64,000 bases of DNA from Macrostomum hystrix (taxonomy: Eukaryota; Animalia; Platyhelminthes), in assembly GCA_950097015.1 (NCBI GenBank), contig CATNEN010000002.1, positions 434,001-498,000 of the forward strand, given 5' to 3'. The position numbers and the translations under genes were made by a program. Of the stretch, positions 24,401 through 36,400 are shown one piece after another (position 1 is the stretch's first letter; each line of letters starts with the position of its first letter). The notes under the pieces are model-generated. The model saw only the letters and a program-made list of their open reading frames with translations. It made no database searches and was not told the origin of the DNA.

Positions 24401-27400
24401 AAAAGAATTAATCACGAAGATAGTCGAATCGGAGACTCGAGTGCTCGCTGTTTATCTCAGACTAGAAGCCGACATCCAAACGGCGGGTGTTGGTCCGAAG
24501 CCAGAACTGTCACAGCTAACAGAGGAGAAGATTCATGATGTTTCCGAGTCAGTGACTCCGTTGCGGTTGGCGCTGACTCAAGAAGCAGCGAAATTGGTCC
24601 ATTCTAGCTGCGATCCGGCTGAAGCCTTGCGAGTCATACCAGAAGAGGAGCTTTCTTTGGCCAGCCAAGGAGAGTCGGCCACATTATCTCCTTTATCGCC
24701 AGATGCGGAAGAATGCATGCAGGGAAAGGATTCCAATCCAGAAACTGTCAGCGATATTGAAAATGAAGATTCAATCGGCAACTTCACGCCGCGCAGTGAC
24801 GACCTTTCAATGTCGTTTCCCTTGCCAAAGAAGTCAGCCAATATGCCTCAGCAAAGACGATCGAATGCAGATCAGAGTCTATCGTCTCCCCAGTTTGATG
24901 ATTCTTCTCTTATGTCTCTGGGATCAATGTCCATGGACATTGTGTACACATCAGATTATCCTGAGCCTGAGCTCAAGCTTAGAACTGATGGCCTGTCTCC
25001 TATTCTCGATGACAGAATCTCTTACGACGAAAGCAGCCTGGCTAGTCCATGTCGTGAAAATACGCTGGTTGTGGTCGACGGCAAACCTTTAACCTTCAGA
25101 GAGGCTATTGAAACTGGAGCTATTGATCCAAACAGTATCACGCTGTCATTGGACACACCTATCAAACGGAGAATCACTCTGCAAGAAGCAATCGACGACC
25201 TGCTAGTTGATCCAAACTCAGGAGTGCTTCATGTGCCTCACGGCCCAGCCTACCCGCTGTCGATGGCTGCTCAGCTTGGTTACCTGCGTGGAGTCGACCC
25301 TGCAGACCTGGTCGCCTCAGCAACCCGCGCCTCACTCGAAAACGTCAGCAGCAATGACCATCTAGTCAGCCGACCCGAAGCACCTTCGTCCACCAGGACT
25401 TCAGTCGCCGTTGAAGAACCACTCAGCATCGATATTGAGTGCCTGAATCAACTCGCGGACCCTGAGTCACTCACACCTGAGGTGACCGACCGAGCTAGCA
25501 ACCTGTCCCCTCCCATGATCCCATCCCATCGTCCAAACCTTCACCATAACGACCTGCTGGTTCTCGCTGAAGCGAGCAGCGAAAACCAAAACAACGCTGA
25601 CAGCGACAGCATCGACAAAGAATCTGTGTCGCCGCAGTCTGAAGACACAGTGGTATGCATTTTTCGTAGCTTTAAAGCAAGAGCGAGCCAGTTGTTTATG
25701 CAGTTTTCTTTTAAATCCTACGTGTGCTTTGATTGTTGTATTGGCGAATCTATGCCAATTTTTGTTGTTTAGCTCTCTTTTTTGCAGCTCTGATTCCGAC
25801 ACTATCGTAGTAGTTTTCTTCCTCAGTTTAATTTTCTTGCAGCACAATACCATTTCGCTTGCTCAATTTCCTATTGGTTTCGGCTGTTTGTTGTGTGGGT
25901 ATCTGAACTACCGACAACTGAGTTGCCAATTCTGAGCATTTAGATAGCACTTTTAGATTGTTTTAATGAGAGTTTCTGAATTAATAGCTTCTTGATTATT
26001 GAAATTTTAGTTAGAGCAATAGGTAAAATGAGGGAAATATATGAATTACTTAGTTAAAAATCCTCAATAGTAATTGACGATTTGTAAATAAATAGTAAAT
26101 TATTCATTAACTGTGTAACATGACTCACCGATTCGCATTATCATTCTGATTCTTGGTCTAGTCCGTGATCATCTGGCGAGTGGACAATCTGAAAGAAGTA
26201 CGTGATCCAGAGATATAGTCAGACTGTGAAACCTGTTGGTTGTTGTTTCCTTTAAATTTTATAGCTATCAGGTTAGTTGAAAGCCTAGGCCTTGGTTTGT
26301 GGTGTCTGTTGTCGCTGAGTTTACAATTTCTTGTTGTCCTAGATTTTCTGTATCTTTGCGGCGCGATGGTTGCATTCCTATTATACGAGCTATTATAGCA
26401 AAAAATGGCTGCAGAAAATTTGCGCTTTAAATGCTTCATGTTTGACTTTTTTATTGGCTCGAGCTTATTTCTATCGATTTTTGCCTTTTAGCTTTAGAAA
26501 GCTACTAATATGAGCGTCCATACCGGTTAATTTCATGTCTGGCAGATTTTAAGCATAATTTAATAAACCAATCATTACAATCGACCTCCTAGATTGACGC
26601 CAAGAAGATGGCCGAAGACCTGCTGAAAGATCTGGAAAAGGAGCTGCAATCGCTCGCAAGCATTGAGGAGTGGCTCCTGACGCAAGGACCCGCTAACCTG
26701 GACGAGCAAAATGACATGAAGCTACTAGAGGGACACCAGGTAATGCCCCTGCGATTCAATCCCGACAAGATTTATCTTATTGTTTCTTAAAATTCGATAA
26801 AAAATGTAAGTTTTTATCTCCGACTAACATTAAACATAACAGGACATCAACAACGAACTCCTGGCGCGTCAGTCGCCACTGCTCACTCTGTATTATCAGA
26901 CTGAAAATCTGGTGCAAAAGTGTCCGGAGAGTCTGACGACCGACCAGAAGGAGCTGCTGTCCGGCCAGACCACCACTTCCCGCAGCAAACTGGAGCAGCT
27001 GAGGCGAGAGGCAGACTCGCGAATTCGCCAGCTCACGTCCGTGCAGGACTCACTGGAGCACTTCAACGACCGGCTGCAGACTGCTCAGGTGAGTTATTTC
27101 AAGCGAATTTATCCTGATTTTGCTGCTTTATGTATCGATAAGTACAATACACCTGTACTTTTATTACACCCGAACAGACCTGGCAGGATTGTACTTATGT
27201 ATCGACAAGTACAATACACCTGTACTTTTATTACACCCGAACAGACCTGGCAGGATGGAGTCGAGAGACGTCTAAACGAAATCGGCAAAGCATCACCGAA
27301 CAAGGCTGCAGCAACCGATCCGGCTGAGCTGCAAACTCTCATCAGCGAGCTCAAGGCGTGCGAAGGCGAGCTGAGCGCTCATCAGGGTGACTTAAAGGCC

Positions 27401-30400
27401 CTCTCAGCCGCCGGTCACAAGCTCATTCACTGCCTTCGCGCTACTGATCAAACTCAGGAAGCTTTCGCGACCGCTCGACGTCGCGAATTCATCGGTGCTT
27501 CAAACGTTTGTGAAGCCGAAATTCGCAAAGCTGGCAGTGCCGCTGGCGAGCGTCAGGAGTCCCTAGCAGTCCGTTGTCGCGACCTGCTTCAGCGGCTCAA
27601 CACCGAGGCAAACCAACGACGTGAGTTCGCCGATCTGCTGCGCCAGACGGATACGCAGTTGCGCGCCAGCGAAAACCAACTGGCTAAACTGGAAGGCCAG
27701 CAGCCCACCAGTGACATTCAGCTCAACGCTCTGGCTGAAAAAGCCCAGAACCTCAGTGCCGATCTTTTCGCTCTCGACGGCTGCGTAGAAAAGTTGCGCG
27801 CCGCTTGCACTGCATTCGAACCTAAGTCTGGAGACGGAGAGACGCCCGCTCAGAGTGAACAGCACCGCCTCACGGAGGAGACGGCTGCGCGCCATGAAGA
27901 TTTGAAGGGACGTTGCGCAGATCTTAGCGGCCGGCTGCAACAGCAAGCGCTTGCAGCTGGAAGCCTGCTGGACACATTGAACGGTCTGCAGAAGTGGCTT
28001 GATGGCACCAATCTTAAACTATCCGGCATGCGCGCAGTCAGTCTCCGCCCGGAGCTCCTAGATGAGCAGAGCCGGCAAGCAAAGGTGCTCGACGCCGATC
28101 TGCAGTGTCGACGCGCTTCGCTTGATCAGGCTAGCGAAAGCCTCGCCGCAATGTCCGAAACCGATCCAACCCACAAGCAGGCAGACGCAAAGCTGCGATC
28201 CTGCGCCGCGCTGTTTGAGAGTGTTCGCGCACAAATCGATGCTAGACGTGCCAACATCGATGAGGTGCGCTCCAAGGTGAGTGCCTTCAAAGGCGCCGCT
28301 GGAGCAGCCCAGGTGTGGCTCAGCAATCAGCTTGAAGCTTTGGCTGCGCGCTCATTCGCCAAACTGGACGACGAGCGGCTGGAGGAGCGGCTGAATGAGA
28401 TTGGCCAGATGCGAGACGAGTTCGAAGCTGGACGATTGGCTGAGGTTAAGTCGCTTAGGGCCAGCTTGCAACTCCTGCAGCATTGTTCCGAACAGGTACT
28501 GATCGGTTACATTTGATGTGTTTGAGCTTTTCTATAACTCACGTTTTCTATCTTTCAGAACTATCCCACTGAAACTTGGCAAGAGCTAGAGCGTCTTTGG
28601 CAAGAGCTGAACAACGCCCTTGACGCACGTCGCAAGGATCTACTGTCGCGTCAGGCTCACGGCCACGACTACAACAAGGTGAAGAAGGAGGCTCTTGATT
28701 GGCTGGTGAGGGCTGAGGGCCGGCTGCGCATGATGGACTCGGTGTGCCTTGAAGAGGCCGGACTAACCAAGCAGGAGGCTGAGACTCGGCAGCTGGTAGG
28801 CGAGCGCGATGAGTTTCAGACAGCCATGGAGCGCTTCGTGGATCTTGGCCACGCATACGACGCTCTGGTTCAGGGCGCCTCAACGGCATCGACGCCTGAC
28901 TTGGCGAGGGGCAGTCCAAGGCGACCGCGTAAGTTTTCATGATTTCTGACTTTGTTTTTTTATGCAGCGATAACTTTCCGGATTTTTTATAATATTCAAT
29001 AAAATGATTGGGCGTTTTCACCTTCGTCCTAACCGATGATCACTCACAGTAAGAGAATATAATTCAAACGTATTACTGATTAAAGAAGTCCTGAAGTTTA
29101 TTTAATATAAATCCTAATAAAACTTTGAGTATATTTCTCACTATCCAATCTATGCCTGAGTGCAAGTGGAGTATCTGATCTGTTTCGCAATAAAAAATGA
29201 TTTTGTTATAAATTCAGGCGTACTTAGACAGCCACAGTTGCGATCACCGCTCAGTCCGCTATCGAGCTCGGAATCCAGCGGTGTCTGTAGCGTTGATCCC
29301 ACAAACTACCTGCAAGGTAAAGTAATCTATTAAAACAAAGGCCACTGAAGCTGTGGTATCAGGGAAATATTAATTTCCTCGAACTGGTGTTGTCATATTG
29401 TGATAATTATAATTCTTATAATTATGTTTTATTTTTTTGTCTATCAATTTCCTTTCGGTATTATCATTTGTAGCTTTCAATGTGATGGATCTCATCAATG
29501 AAAGAGTTTTTCAATCGATATAGATTTTTTCTCAAATAAAAACTTTTTGGAATGTAGTTTTCGTTGTAGTCACTCATCATGTTTAACTTCTGCACCTTAT
29601 GAAATTATTTTACTTTTACATATACCAATGCTCTAATTTAGTTTCTCGAACGCTGAAGGTGCAAATGGAAGTTCCTTAAGGCTTTGAATAACCAAAGCTT
29701 TGTCTTCTGCATTTTCACCTCCAGAATTGTCAGACATCGCCCAGGAGCTGGAAGACTTCCAAACTCGTTTTTCTGTGCTAGGCGAGAAACTTGTCGACCG
29801 CCTGGCAAGCATTGAGGACACCAGAGACCGTCTGAGCCGCTACCGCACCGCTCACGCTGAGGTCACCCGCCAACTTGACGGCCTATCAGCTGAGTCCGCT
29901 ACCCTGCTGAAGACCTCGCCAGGCAACGAGTCCGAGGCTGCTGAACAGCTGCGAGCTGTGGCTGACTTCCACAGATCACTCGAGGCACTGGAGCCGCGCC
30001 TCGACGGTGTGCGCTCGATGGCCGAGGCGCTGCTGAAGAATCGCGACTTGGCGGCTGGGGCTGCAGAATTGCGAGACTCTGTCAAGCAGCTTGAAAGGCG
30101 ACTATCAGATTTGAAGGTGCAAAAATTAATTTTTATTTTCATTTTCCATATCATGCTTTACTATGAGCTACTTGTCTTACCATTCCAGGACTTGTCACTC
30201 AACCGACAAGCCAGCCTGCGCACCCTCGGCCAGCAGCTCGATGAGTTCGCTCGTGACGAGCGCGCCTTGGCCAAATGGCTGGGCCAGAAGGCCAAGCTGG
30301 TGAGCGTGCTCGGCCCCCTGGTCACCACGCCGGGTCTGGCCGCGTCCCAGTTGCAGCAGGTTGGCGTTCTGCAAGAGGAGCTGGAGTCCAAGCTACCAGC

Positions 30401-33400
30401 TGTGGAGCAGTTGCGGGCCGTGTGCGACTCTCTGCTCCAAAGACTGCCGGAGCACAGCGCTTCCGCTGGCGACATTCGGGCCGCCATGACCGCCGCTGAA
30501 GCTGGCGTCGACGATCTCAAACGCCGACTGGAGGAGAGAGAATTGGCACTCAACCAGCTCAGCGGACCGACCTCCGAGTTCTACGAGTTGGTCAACAGTC
30601 TGAGCGATCGTCTGGCCCAAGCGGAGTCACCCGACGAGAACGCCATTACAGACGACGACATAGCAGCTCAACTGCCCGGACTTCGCTCGGATCTTGATCG
30701 CGCTGGCGAGCTGTGCAAGCAATTGTGCGATGCCGCCGGCGACCCGTCAGTTCAGTTTGATCTAAAAAACAAAGTGGCCAGTCTCGAGCGCCGTCTGAGA
30801 GATTTAAAAGCGAAGCTGGACGACACCGAGCAGCGAAAACTTCTGGCCGGCCAGGGCGAAGCGATGGCGGCTCAGCGCGCCAAGCGACTGAAGCTGTGGG
30901 CCGATGACGCTCGAGCGAAGTTGGAGTCAGAGCGACTTGCTGAGCCGGATGAGGCGCAGGTGAGAAGGGACTCCGTCGTTGTAAGATTCTAATTGCTCTT
31001 AATTTTTGTTCCTGACATGTGTATGTGACAATTCATTACCGCTGTTTCTCAAATGCACAGATCGCTGCCCAGTCAAAGTCTGCTGCTAAGCTGGCGGGCG
31101 ACGTGAACTGGCACGAGGCAGAGCTGCGCGACCTGGCCGCACAGGAGGCGGCGTCTGACAAGGATTCGCCGCTGCGGCCGGCCGTGCAAGCCGCTCGTGA
31201 GAGTCTGGCAGCACTCGAGACAGCTCTGGATGCGAAGCGCAACCAGCTGTCCCGCCTGGCTGATCTGGTGGCAAAGTGCGCCGACAAGTCCAAGCGGCTG
31301 CGTGCCTGGCTGCAGTTGGAAGAAATGAAGCTCGGTGCCAAGGAGGCCATCGACCTTAGCGAGATCACTGATGATCAGGTTAGTAGTAAAATAATCGAGT
31401 AAACGTAAAAACTCTGAGTTCTGCTTTTGTCTTGCTTCACTACTTTCAGCTGAATGTATTTATTACTCGTCTATCTCTCAAAAATTTGCAGACCGCAAGC
31501 CGCCATGCTATGGACACCCGCCAGCTGCTAGCTGAACTCGACCGCAAGCAGCTAGACATTCACGAACTCGTCGACTTAGTTGCCGACCTCACATCCGCAG
31601 CTGCCGCAGCTTCCACGTCTGAACCGGTAGCTCAGCGGGCTGAAGCTACTGACCTCGCTGGTAGAGTCGCTGACGGCAGAGTTAAAGCTACCGACTTGGC
31701 TGAAAGGTTTGAAGCATTGGCTGCGAGACTTCGATCAAACCAGCAGCAACAGCAGCAGCCAAGTGGTGTATCATCAGTTGCGCCAACGCCAACAAATGCA
31801 GCAGCCGACATCCCCACAACAACTGGCATTCCGGAAGAGCTGCGCACGCGAGCGAGCCAGCTGACTGCAGAGCTAGAGAACGCTGAGGCAGGCCTTGATG
31901 GCATGCCTGGAGCTTCTCTAGACGCCGACACCCTGCGCGACCAGTTGGATGATGCCAGGGCAATCGGAAACCGCCTGGCGGGCCTAGACTCCGAACTGGA
32001 AGCTTTGGCAGAAGCGGCGGCAGCTGCTGGGGGACCAGCAGGTGACAAAATTGCGCAGCGACTTGGGCGACTCGCGGAGCGAGCGAAACGAGCCGGTAGA
32101 CGAGCTGGCGATCGTCAGCAGGAGTTGCAGCAACGTTTGGATAATTTGGACGCTTTCGCCACGCGACTAGCCGAATTGCTGTCTACTGCCGAAGCTGCGG
32201 CTGGCGAGTTAAGTGCAACTCCGGACTCTCAACTGGGCGAATTCCGTCGCGGCCGAATGGGCGCTCTCGAACGCGAAGCTGAAGCGACCTCAGCGGAGGG
32301 TCGCGCACTGCTCCGCTCAGCGCCTCCTTCTCTCTCAGCGGCGCGTCTTAACGGCGAAATCGAAGCCGCACAGGCAGCGGTTCGACAACTCCAGGCGGAG
32401 CTTGAGAGGCGCTCGCGCGAGGCGGACGCCCAGGCGGCGGTTGCCGGGCGACTGGAGGATGCTCTCAGCGCCTGGCGCGAGTGGCTCGCCGAGGCCGAGG
32501 CGACCCAGCGCGCGGCAGAGGAGCCTTCATGCGACGCTGATCGCGCAGCTCAGCAGATGGAGAATCAAGCGGCCTTCCTAGCAACTCTGGCTGAGCGAGA
32601 TCCACTTCTCGCTGATCTAGAGCGCTCTATGGCGACGGATCCCCGCTCAGCTGCGGAAACTGCCGGCCTCAGAAAACGCTTCGACGCGTTGAAAGCGGCT
32701 GCTCTGGACCGTCGAGAGAAGCTCCGGCGAGCGCAGGAGGCGGCAGCCGAGTTCCGGTCGAGGCTGGACCCGCTGCTGGCTGCCATGGATGCCTGCAAGA
32801 AGCGAGTGGCAGCACTTGGCGGCGGATCCACGGACCCGGAAGGCACCAGCAAGCAGATTGAAGAGCACAAAGTGAGTCCACCGTTGATGTTCTAACTTTA
32901 AGGATCTCCTGCCTATTTTTTGCCAACTTGAGCATTTAGCTTTCGTTTTTAGAAGGTATGACGAAAGTCCAAGCAAATATTTTAATTTTTGTTTCTTTTA
33001 ATGTCAAAAAATTTAAAACACTCTCCATCTACTAGTCAACACTACTCAATGCATGATATAAATTAGTGCAGAGAACAAACCAGATAAAATTGCATGCTTA
33101 ATTTTAAATGTTATGCATCCTTTTCTGTCCAAACTATGATTGGTCAGGGATTTTACTTTGGTGACGGATTCCATTAACAATGCACCCAATTCCGATGTAA
33201 TCAATGAAACACCAGGCTATAGTTGGCAGTCTGTCAGAGCTGCAGCCCCAGCTGCGTAAGGCTGACTTGGCAGGCAAGCAGCTCGCCGATCTCGTTGGCC
33301 AGCACGACGGTCAAGCCGTGCTGCAGGAGCTCTCGGACGCAGAGCAGCAATTGAACGGACTTCGCGCTGCGGTGCAAGACAAAATGGAAGCCCTGTACCA

Positions 33401-36400
33401 GGCAGCCGATGCTCTGAGAAACTTTATCGAGCTGAGCAACAATCTGTCCGAGTGGCTGTGCCTGGCAGACAGTCAGCTGGAGTCAGCATTCCTGCAGTTG
33501 AACTCGGTCGCGGAGGACCGAGCAACGGTGGCCGGTCTTAGGGTAAAGTCAGGCTCAGGATTGCCTCAACGCAGCTTAGCACGGCAGTTGCACCATAATT
33601 CTGTGCTCTAACGCCATCGCTTTTTAAATCCGCGCTTTTTTTAACATTAAAAGATACTGCTATCTATTCTAATCAAATCTCGTATTTTTACCGATTATCA
33701 ACATCTTACGTGTTTTTATATTTTTTAACTTGCTTAATTTTTACTCGTATGACCTAACTGATTGAATATTTAGAGTATCGAATAACAAGCTAACAGGTAG
33801 AAATCAAAATAAGATTATTTAACGTGCTAAACATTTTTGTTTGTTTCAGCTGATTAATTGCGCAGTATAGAGATTTTATTGCATTATTGTTTCGATGACC
33901 TAATTAAACTAATCGTGGCTAAACCACCTGTCCATTGAATACAGCAACTGGCAGAGGAACTGGCACAGCGGCAGCTGGATATCAGCCAGCTGCAACAGGA
34001 CGCCGACGCTCTGGCCCAGTCCACCGGCAGCGGACCGGAGGAGTCGCTGGCCCTTCAGCAGCGCGTAGCGGCGGTAGCTGAATACTATCAGCAGCTCAAA
34101 CAGAAGGCCGACGCAAAGCTCGACCTACTTGAGGCTGCTCTGGATCCGGCCGAACGATTGACGACTGCGCATGCTCAGCTGGACTCGGCGCTGTCACCGC
34201 TGGAGGCCGATCTTCGCGCTCGACGTGCTCCCGCCTCGGGCCGACTTGAACGCCTCGCGCCTCTAGCCGAAGCTGTCCAGCGTCAGGGCGACGAGCTGGC
34301 TTCAATCCTTGGTGGCGTTGGCGGAGTGACCGAAATTGAAGATGAAGGTGACGGTGCCAGCCGTCAGGCGGAGCTGGTTGAACGCCTGGTCGAGCGCGAC
34401 ATGACCCGAGTTCGCCACGCCATGCAGGGCGCCGGTCTGGCAGCGCAAGCATCTACACTTGGCGATGGAGTCGGCGATGGCGATGCCAACGGAGAAGCGG
34501 CGACAGCCAATCGGTTGGAGCGTCTCGAAGATTGGATGCGAGTTCGCGAAAGAGCGCTCGCTAGCGAAGCGCCACCGACGGCGGAACCTGCTGGCCTGCG
34601 ACGCCAAGAAGCTGCTCTGGCCGCCCTTGACGCTGATCATCGTCGAACTGCGGCTGACGAGCTGGCGCCAGCGCTGCAGACGGGACGCGAGCTGTTGCTA
34701 GCCCGGCCGCCACCTCAGCACGGAGGTCGTCTGGCTGACGCGATGGAATCCGCCCGAAAGGCCGACACCGACTTGGCTCGACTTATCAGCGAGCGACGCC
34801 GTAGATTAGAGGAGGTTCGACCTCTCGGCGAGGAACTGCGCGAAGCCGCCGACCAGCTGGAGGCTTGGCTGGGCGCCAAGGAGGACGAGGTGCGAAAATT
34901 CACACCAGCCAGGTTGAATGCCGACCAGCTGCGCAGTCTGCAGGGAGACGCCAAGGTGAGATCTCGAAAATGTGTTTCATGCAATTCCTGAGAGTTCGCG
35001 ATCATTATAAATATCATTTCACATATGCTTTGCTTCCACAAACATTTTCTCAGCTATGGACTGACAACATTTTGGTAAGTGACTGGCACGGCATGAAAGC
35101 TTCGTCGAAGTCGCAATTTTTGGGGCCGGTTGCATGAATTTACGTTGAACTGTGCGATGCCTTTGCACTTTATCATCCCACTTTAATACTTTCAACGCTT
35201 CTTTACTAGGTAATTGTCTCCTATTTATATTGCCACCGGGTTAATCATTTTCCTCGTATATATTTTTCAATGTGAGTGCATATTTACTGCTTTCCTCAGT
35301 GCTCCTAGTAGCAATGTTCAGTCAAGTAGTGCTTATATTTATGCCACTGATTTCTATAAGCTGTTACTCAAAGCTTTATTGAGGGTCGCATTTAAGTGCC
35401 ATAAAGCACTACGTGACGATTAAAAAACTATTTGAATAGTTATTTGAAGAACATTTACGATAGGTCCATTTCAATTCCGATTTTTATTCATGCTTAATAA
35501 CTGTTTTATCATTACTTTAGTACTGCAACGTCACATTTCACACCTTTGTCACCAACAACCAATGCACCACATATATGCATGAGGTTTAAATTCTTCTTAA
35601 AGTACTAATGCTGTGCTTCTTAACAGTTTATTGGAATGAGTTGGTGCACACTGAGGCTTGAGATTCAAAACTTGACTGATTGAATTCAATTCTATCAGCG
35701 CCTTCAAGAAGAAGTGGACGACAAGAAGGCCTTGCTCGACAGGGTCAAGAAGACCTCGCCAGCTCTTGCTGACCTTCTATCACCCGCCGAGGCAGCCACA
35801 ACGCAAACTCGAACTCGCGACCTCGACCGACGCTACGGCGACCTCCGGCGTCGAGTTCGAGACCGACTTGCTGAGCTGGACAATCTACTAGCGCAGACTG
35901 CTGACATCACCGAGAAGCTAGACGCCGTCACCGAGAACCTGGCCGTCACAGGCGAATTGGTCCGCGCGCCGGAGCCCGTGTCAGCCAATCCGGCTAAGCT
36001 TCGCGAACAACTGCAGGACAACGCGGCGCTGGACCAGGAGCTGCAGACTCGACTCGACGCGCTCATGGCTGTCAAGGCCTCCGCTGAGGACCTGTTGAAG
36101 GCTACCGGCGAGGGACAGCCAAGCGAAGATGTTAAGAAGGATGCTAGCGATGGTGAGGAGAATGCTAAGTTTGCACATATTGGTTGCTTAACTTTGCTTT
36201 TACAATACTCGGGCATCAACTATCATGCTAAACAATAACATGCGAGAAAACTAAAATGCCCTACTTGATAGCCGTGTGAACTAACCACAGCAACAAAAAA
36301 CACGCTTGTAGCCGTACAAGAGAGATGCAGCAAGGCCGTGGCTGACAGTGAGTGCCTAGAATTTATCGCGCTGAGAGAAGCTGCGATTTTTTAATAATTT

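Noticed and set aside
25788-25820. Possible acceptor (ttttttgcag) after exon 8
   Set aside because: From the phase-0 donor it reads CTC TGA immediately; a truncated isoform cannot be excluded but nothing else supports it.
30117-30188. 72-nt stop-free in-frame intron that would add a hydrophobic, TM-like segment if retained
   Set aside because: Canonical GT-AG ends and T-rich composition explain the hydrophobicity; there is no evidence of retention.
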